This document shows, piece after piece, positions 57,472 through 64,000 of a stretch of 64,000 bases of DNA; positions within the stretch are counted from its first letter, which is position 1, and every line of letters starts with the position of its first letter. A program made the translations under genes and the position numbers. Source of the stretch: Octopus vulgaris (Eukaryota); contig OX597828.1 of the NCBI GenBank assembly GCA_951406725.2, positions 30,194,001 through 30,258,000 of the forward strand. Reading direction: 5' to 3'. The notes below the pieces were generated by a model that saw nothing but the letters and a program-made list of their open reading frames with translations, was not told the DNA's origin and did no database searches.

Positions 57472-58214
57472 AATTTTATACAGTAGGAATTCTTGAGTTT
57501 GGGAATGAATCTCCTGATTCGAAAACTCTAAAAGCCAGACGTTCAAGTGAAAACAAATTCTGGACTGTTTGTAAGTTACCAGTGTTCATATAATAATATA
57601 AATTGTTATAAAAGTTATCCATCAGTTATTATCTACAGTTAGGTTCACAAAATGCATTCATATAAGTAGCATATAACACAAATAGGCTTTGTAGCTAAAT
57701 CGGGGAAATATATTTTCCTAATATTTCAATAAATAAGTTTTAGAAATGTTTCATAATATATTACAAAATATTTTATTTATTCTCTATTACAGTAACGTGG
57801 GCAGTATATTATTAGATTCGTTATAATGACGAACAAATATAATTGACTTAATTCCATGTAGTTACAGTGGATGATGTACTCATTCCAAATACCGCGGAAG
57901 TCAAACTTGATGTTTATTGTAAGATCATAAATATATTTTACTAAAGAACTAGATTCCATTCAATGGAATAAATCATTCCCACACAATTCATTTCTATATG
58001 AAATAAGATTAGTGAACCAGCATGGGATGTGTATTGGCAGATACGCCCGTGTGTTAGGCGAAATATCTTGTCATTTACGTTCCGGTGTATTTGTGCTTTG
58101 TGTAGGAACCTTATCTGAATCAGCTTTCATATTAATCTTAATGATGTAGTAAAATAAATATCGATGAAACATTGGTTTTCAATTATGTGAACAATGCCGG
58201 CCTTTTGAGGAGAT

Positions 58215-58390
58215 GAGATATGTCGAATACACCGACCCCACAGATCATCTGGTACTTGTTTCCCCGACCTCGAAAGAGATAAAAGGTAAAACCGACCTTG
58301 GCGGAATTTGAACTTACAAATTCAAACACAGACGAAATACTGCTAAAAATTTTGCTTGGCATGCGAACGATTCTACCAGGACGCTGCCCT
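58215..58390 (-). mobile_element. Degenerate interspersed repeat (SINE-like), related to 48640-48798
   Basis: Shared motifs, plus GGAATTTGAAC (rc GTTCAAATTCC, B-box-like). A shorter opposite-orientation copy may lie at ~58,025-58,085. Confidence 0.5.
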
Positions 58391-59197
58391 AAATTTCAAT
58401 GGAATATTAGAGTTACTTGTTAATGGCAGTCGCCAAACTACAGAATGTGTCTCTTAATGTATCCATAAGAAGTTATTATATTGCTTGAGTTAATGAAACT
58501 TGGCACAGATTATCCATATTCGCTAACGTCTAAATATTGATTGACCAGCTGTTATTTCTATAATAAAAATATTTTGAGAATGGCATGGAAAGAAAAGTGC
58601 CATTCGCTTTAATGTTCAGATTTAAGACCGTGGGAGTTAAATTTTGACATCGTTTACATTGATTCATTTAAGTAATTTATAATATTGTATTTAATATATT
58701 TTAGTCCACAATTTGATGCCGTTGAAAATTTGTCCCTGGGATAATGATGAAATAAGCCTACAGCTACAAGGCTCATGTTATTGGGTACCCGACGGCTGTT
58801 TGACATTTGCTATATTCATACTTATATAGCAAACCTCACAATATAAATTATGAAGTATATAATATTCTATAACATATAGAAATTAGTTCATTGACATAAT
58901 ACACAGGTTATAATGTGCTTTGGATGTCTACTAAAATGAGCTTTTATAGTAGCAATGAAGAAAATGCGCTCCTATTCATAACAAATTGATTTCAACTAAG
59001 TTATTGTTGAATGTTTAGTGAAAACGTAAATATATCATATTATAAATGTGCAAGTAGAATACCGTCTAGCATATTTATATGCTTCCTGAATCTATTGTGG
59101 TACTGGTTACAGTTTGTTTGGTTTAAAGTATATCACTGAAATATACATTCATTGTGACGATGGCAATCGGCTTGTTATTCACACAGAGGTGCGGCAA

Positions 59198-59330
<133 letters not shown>

Positions 59331-59399
59331 CTATATATCTATGTTTCTGTCAAGCTATATAAAGTATTATATACTCTCTCTCTCTCTCTCTCTTTTACT

Positions 59400-59533
59400 C
59401 TATTACTTGTTTCAGTCATTTGACTGTGGCCATGCTGAAGCATCGCCTTTAATCGAGCACTCGACCCCGGGACTTATTCTTTTGTAAGCCCAGTACTTAT
59501 TCTATCGGTCTCTTTTGCCGAACCGCTAAGTGA
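59400..59533 (-). mobile_element. SINE 3' half with a LINE-derived tail
   Basis: rc GGCGATGCTTCAGCATGGCCACAGTCAAATGACTGAAAC matches the 3' UTR of the LINE fragments at 35351 and 36878. Confidence 0.7.
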
Positions 59534-59674
59534 CATATGTATATATGTATGAACATTTTCCCAAAAATTTTTTATATATTTCTGAAAATTTCCATCAAAC
59601 TTTTGAAAATTTTCATCAAAATTTGTGAAAAGTATTTTGAAAATTTTCAGAAATATTTTCAAAAATTTTGATAA

Positions 59675-59890
<216 letters not shown>

Positions 59891-60119
59891 TATGTATGTG
59901 TGTGGGTCGTGTGAATAAATATAAAAATTAGGCGCAAGCATAGCTGTGTGGTAAGAAATTTGCTCCTCAAGCACAGAGATCCGAGTGCAAAATATACATA
60001 AAATACACGATGCGAAGCATATAAAAATATATATAAATATATATACAATGAGCAAGCTATAAAAATATGCATTATATAAAGTTAGAGATATACAGTAAAT
60101 ATATAATTACACATATATT

Positions 60120-61734
60120 AGATGGCCGTTGGCTCTCAATCAAGAGTTCCTTCGCCCTTTGACGGGTTTTGTTTTTCATCACGCAGAGTGCCCAATAAAC
60201 ACCCTCCTCACCAAGCAAGCTTGGTGTGGTTGCCAGTTTAGTCACCGACGGCCCGACCATGCAACGGGTTATACTGGGTTACATGTTACCAGTAGCACTC
60301 GAAAGTGACCTGAAATATTTTTACACATCGTATGATTTCTTTTCCTTATATCTATCTTATCCAGCATACGGCTGTATCATGCGCGATGACATAGTAATAA
60401 TCGGACTGAATACCCGATCGCGCGGTTAAACCGTAGGGAGTGAAGGACCCCTAGCCTTTGTTTGGGCATCCTTCTAGGAGAATATAACTCAGGTAACTGG
60501 GATAACTCCGACATAAAACCTGCGGCTCAGTGGTTACCGATGATGTTGACTTGTTCTTCTTTTCGGATTATGGCTGCTGTTGCTTAGTGAGTGGGATTGA
60601 CTCAGTGCAGAGCCTGTCCTCACTTTAAAAAAAATATTCTTGCACAGGCATTGCACGATAACAACATTGATTGATTGATTGATTATCTAATTCATGATTG
60701 TTGATAGTGCTGTGAATCTCAACTGAATAGATGGCTGTAGCCTTAAAAAGCAAATAATCAATGATATACCAAAACAGTATAATAAATGACAGTAAGGGCT
60801 CTGGAACCACATCAGATGAAAGAGTCTGGCCCGGCAGGGACTCCGAAGCATCACAATCTGAACCCGGCCGTCTTCATGAATAGAACCAAATAAAATGTTG
60901 AATATTGGCTGTTGGAATGTACGGACGCTGCTTGTACGCCAGTACTCTGAATGTCCTGAACGAAGGACTGCGCTTGTTGCGAAGGAGCTTCAACGCTATG
61001 ACCTTGACATCGTTGCTTTATCTGAGACGAGATTACCTTGAGATGGTCATCTTAGAAAATCTTGTGGAAAATATACATTTTTTTGGAAAGGGAGGAATGA
61101 AGAGTTTAGGCTGGTGTGGCATTTGCTGTCAAGACTACCCTTGTGGACAAGTTGGAAGAATTTCTAGTCGGGAGAATTCCTTTGGTTAAAGGAAATTTTG
61201 TGACCTTGGTGAGTGTGTATGCTCCAACGATGTGTTTCTTTCTATCATGCTTTGAAGGGCATTATCAGACATATCCCTTGGGCAGACTTTAATGCTAGAG
61301 TGAGCAGGGATTTTAACACATGGACTGTAAGTGGAAAGCATGGGGGTGGGGAAGTGTAACAGTAAGGGTATGCTTCTGCTGCAGATGTGTGAGGAGCTGT
61401 GTCAGTGTGTTACCAATACCATATTTCCAAAAAAGATTAAGTTTAAGACCACATGGACCACATGCATCTAAAAAATGGCATATTCTAGATTACATCCTTG
61501 TTAGGGTGCGTGGCAGACGAGATGTGCAGTGTGTTCGTGTTCTTCGTGGGGCTGAGTGTTGGACTGACCACTACCTAGTACGTGCAAAAGTGAAATTAGA
61601 CACAACACGAAAAATCGGGTTGCAGGGATTACCCTGCCTAAAAGACTGAATGTTGATCGTCTTAGGTGTAATAGTGTGAAGAGAATTTTTCAAGAGGAAA
61701 TGAATGTTGCAGTTTATGATATAGGCAAGAAAGT

Positions 61735-61735
<1 letters not shown>
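60120..61735 (+). mobile_element. 5' part of an RTE-clade LINE (putative 5' UTR plus decayed AP endonuclease), 3'-truncated at a microsatellite
   Basis: From ATG at 60895: MLNIGCWNVRTL, PERRTALVAKELQRYDLDIVALSETRL, LVSVYAPT, DFNARV, GKHGVGKCNSKG, SKKWHILDYILVR and AECWTDHYLV, with frameshifts. The 5' boundary is approximate. Confidence 0.87.
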
Positions 61736-61771
<36 letters not shown>

Positions 61772-61962
61772 ATGTGTGTGTGTGTGTGTGTTTATGTGTG
61801 TGTGTGTATGTGTATGTGTGTGTATGTGTGTGTGTATATGTTTACATATATATACATATGTGTATATATATGCATGTATGTATATTAGCAGATTTGCATG
61901 TTTTCTCATGCATTAGTTGCATATATAGACATGTTCATATATATACATATATTTATATATAT
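61736..61962. repeat. (TA)/(TG) compound microsatellite between the RTE and the PLE
   Basis: Read directly. Confidence 0.85.
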
Positions 61963-62014
61963 GAATGGAAGAAATGGAGTTGAACGAAGATAGTACAGAA
62001 TTCCTTTTATTACA

Positions 62015-62094
62015 TTCTACAAATGTTTCAAAGGCCACAATTTTCCAAATTCTGATTAAATAAGGATACCATATTGCAGCTTTCTCTTCAGGAA
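62015..62094 (-). ncRNA. Type I hammerhead ribozyme (PLE-associated)
   Basis: Minus strand reads UUC-CUGAAGA-GAAAGCUGCAAU...AUUGUGGCCUUU-GAAA-C-AUUU-GUA-GAA, then UGUAAUAAA. Stem II has 11 of 12 pairs including G-U, and stem I is 3 bp. Confidence 0.85.
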
Positions 62095-62712
62095 AAACCA
62101 GGAATTACGTTGTCAGAACAAAACAAAACAGAGGCGCAGCGAAGCAATTCGAACGAGGACGCTCCTTAAGAGCCCATGGTTAAACTGTTTATCAATGTAC
62201 GTTGAAATCGGGGGGTTGGTGGGGGCCGACAAAAGGTCCGTTGGAATAATTACAGGTCAGGCCGCGGTCAAATCTAGTAGGTTAGGAATTAATGAGAACA
62301 AGGGGTGTGGAGATGTTCTGTGTGACCAAAACTAATGTTCTGAATATTTTAAGAGACAAAACCTACCTAAAAGCATGTATGTGTATACTAGCCTATGTGT
62401 GCGCGGCCGTATGTTGGCGAGGGGCGCTAGATAATGAGGGCTGCTGAAAAAGGCCTGTCAGGCGGCTGAAAAAATTCTGTGTTCGTGTGTTCGTCTGGGC
62501 CTACTTGTCTAAAAATTAACATCGTCAAAGAATCATAAGGGTATATATAATTCCAGCGTTTGCTTCTAAAAAAAAACAAAAAAAAACCGACCAATCGCCA
62601 AATGGGAGTAATTTCCCCTTGCAAGAGTTATTCATAGATTTTTAAAAAGTTTTTTCAAAAATTATTTCCAAAAATTATTTTCATTTTAATAGGGTGATAA
62701 TTGTCTTAGGTA

Positions 62713-63998
62713 TCATTTATATGTAAGATAAGTATGACGCCGCCAATGGGGACATCGAAAATCCGTCTGTAAAAGCCCGTTTACCAAACGGCCTCTGGCG
62801 AACAATATGTGGAAAAGCTCAGAGTTACAAAGATTACACCTCCTTCTGCCCCTATCAAATGAGAGGGCCACCGACAAAATCGACCATTCCAGCCTAAAAA
62901 CTGAATTCGCGTTCTTCAAACGCCAGATAAGTTTGCTAAGTCCTGTAGCTTGGTATTTATTAACGTCGCGAAAAGTTGCGAAATGGTTCGAAATTCTCAA
63001 GGCCAATTTTGACGATGAGGCCCCGACATACGAGTAGACATCTGAATCCGTGTAAACATTGCATTGGTAAATTGCATTTCCGATCTTGGAGTTACTAGAC
63101 AAGAACCTTATTCTATTGGGATTAGCTTCTGATATTAATACTGCGTTTCTGTTACTATATTGACTGTGAGAACTGCGGCCGCATGCTACATTATATTCCT
63201 CATTATCACTATTAATTAACGGACTAACCCGTGCGTATTCCCTATCACTGAGAACGCTGTAATTGCTAGTATCCGTGGACCTGCTATTGCCGGAAACGAT
63301 GCTAAAGTTGCTATTAGGACTCTCTGCATTAATGACCCGAACTGCGCTCTCCTCCCTATTACCATTACTAACGTTATTGACATCACCATTTCTTCTATCG
63401 CTAATCCTATTATTTACTCCCTGGTTGGTACTGAGATTATCAGTCACTGTACTGACTCTTTTATCATTATTACTACTATTATTATTCCTATTGCGCGTTA
63501 AACTGGGATTAGACGGAGCTGCGCCTCCGGACAATGGCGGTAGGGTCTTAATAAGCAGCCTATTATTATGGGAAAGGTTTTTTGTGTTGGAGAAAGCTAT
63601 CCTAACTTTATGTGAATTAACCGTGAATTAACCGTGGAGTAATATTTGGAATTTCTGGGGAAGTTACTGGCAATGGTTTGTCGAAACAGGAGGGGAAGAT
63701 TAGTTCTAATCTGCTTCCCAAAGGAATTACAAACCAGATATGTTTATTCCTATTTTTGTGATGGGTCGGGAAGCCAGCTCTGACATTAGGGTGGGTGATT
63801 CTAGGTTGAATAAAAGGTATTGGTTTAGTATGAACTCCCCCGGACCGTAAATTATCTATGTTCCCTAAATTAAATCCGGAAGTACCTGCTCCAACACTCC
63901 CCGCTCCCATCACTACTTAAATTATTTATGTTATTATAGACGGCCCTATCCTGATGACCGAATGGTGGCATCGGAAGGGCTGGATCAATATATACTAC
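62713..63998 (-). pseudogene. PLE linker + Asn/Ser-rich insert + GIY-YIG endonuclease; the upstream part is frameshifted and the open segment is 62713-63534
   Basis: Motifs AIY...YVGAS, R..NH..TF, ATGLSKLIW.LK, W.IL, CNLC..E and CPH. The upstream part reconstructs as IWFVIP(F)GKQIRTN...NFPRNSKYYSTVNSHKVRIAFSNTKNL after correcting a 1-bp deletion (~63,720) and an 11-bp duplication (GTGAATTAACC x2, 63612-63633). Confidence 0.85.
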
Positions 63999-64000
63999 CT

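Larger units (their letters stand above)
61963..64000 (-). mobile_element. Penelope-like retroelement (Naiad-type), 3' part; probably continues beyond the window
   Basis: Linker plus GIY-YIG coding region, ~0.6-kb 3' region, then an HHR and AATAAA, ending at (TA)n. Confidence 0.82.

Noticed and set aside
63617-63913. Independent 98-aa gene upstream of the GIY-YIG ORF
   Set aside because: It is the frameshifted upstream part of the same PLE ORF, since it contains the linker IWF..P motif.
63945-63990. Plus-strand CTGATGA-CCGA...TCGG hammerhead-like motif
   Set aside because: There is no GAAA or stem III/UH site, and it lies antisense inside PLE coding sequence.

Overview
AT-rich, microsatellite-dense eukaryotic (animal) DNA. 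The repeat content suggests an octopus or other cephalopod, which is inference only. No host protein-coding exon was recognised, and most of the supplied ORFs are microsatellite artefacts. Bases 1-~28,170 are one compound satellite. It alternates blocks of 18/20-bp units with blocks of 13-bp units plus (TAAA)n, and every A-to-B transition passes through a fixed junction cassette. The consensus monomers of all classes carry the same 10-bp core CTA(A/T)4TAG, which is the MEF2-box consensus. Immediately next to the satellite, and again at the right edge, are minus-strand Penelope-like retroelements (PLEs). Each has a Naiad-type linker plus GIY-YIG endonuclease and ends in a type I hammerhead ribozyme (HHR) followed by (TA)n. 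A third well-formed HHR and a fourth degenerate one sit tail-to-tail near 35.6-35.8 kb. The rest is a transposon graveyard: Tc1 and mariner relics, a pogo/Tigger-like MITE, a Helitron-like end, a nearly intact 5'-truncated CR1-group LINE, RTE LINE pieces and tRNA-derived SINEs. Several of the LINEs and SINEs share a covarying 3' stem-loop. All alignments and folds were done by eye, so coordinates of degenerate elements are approximate.
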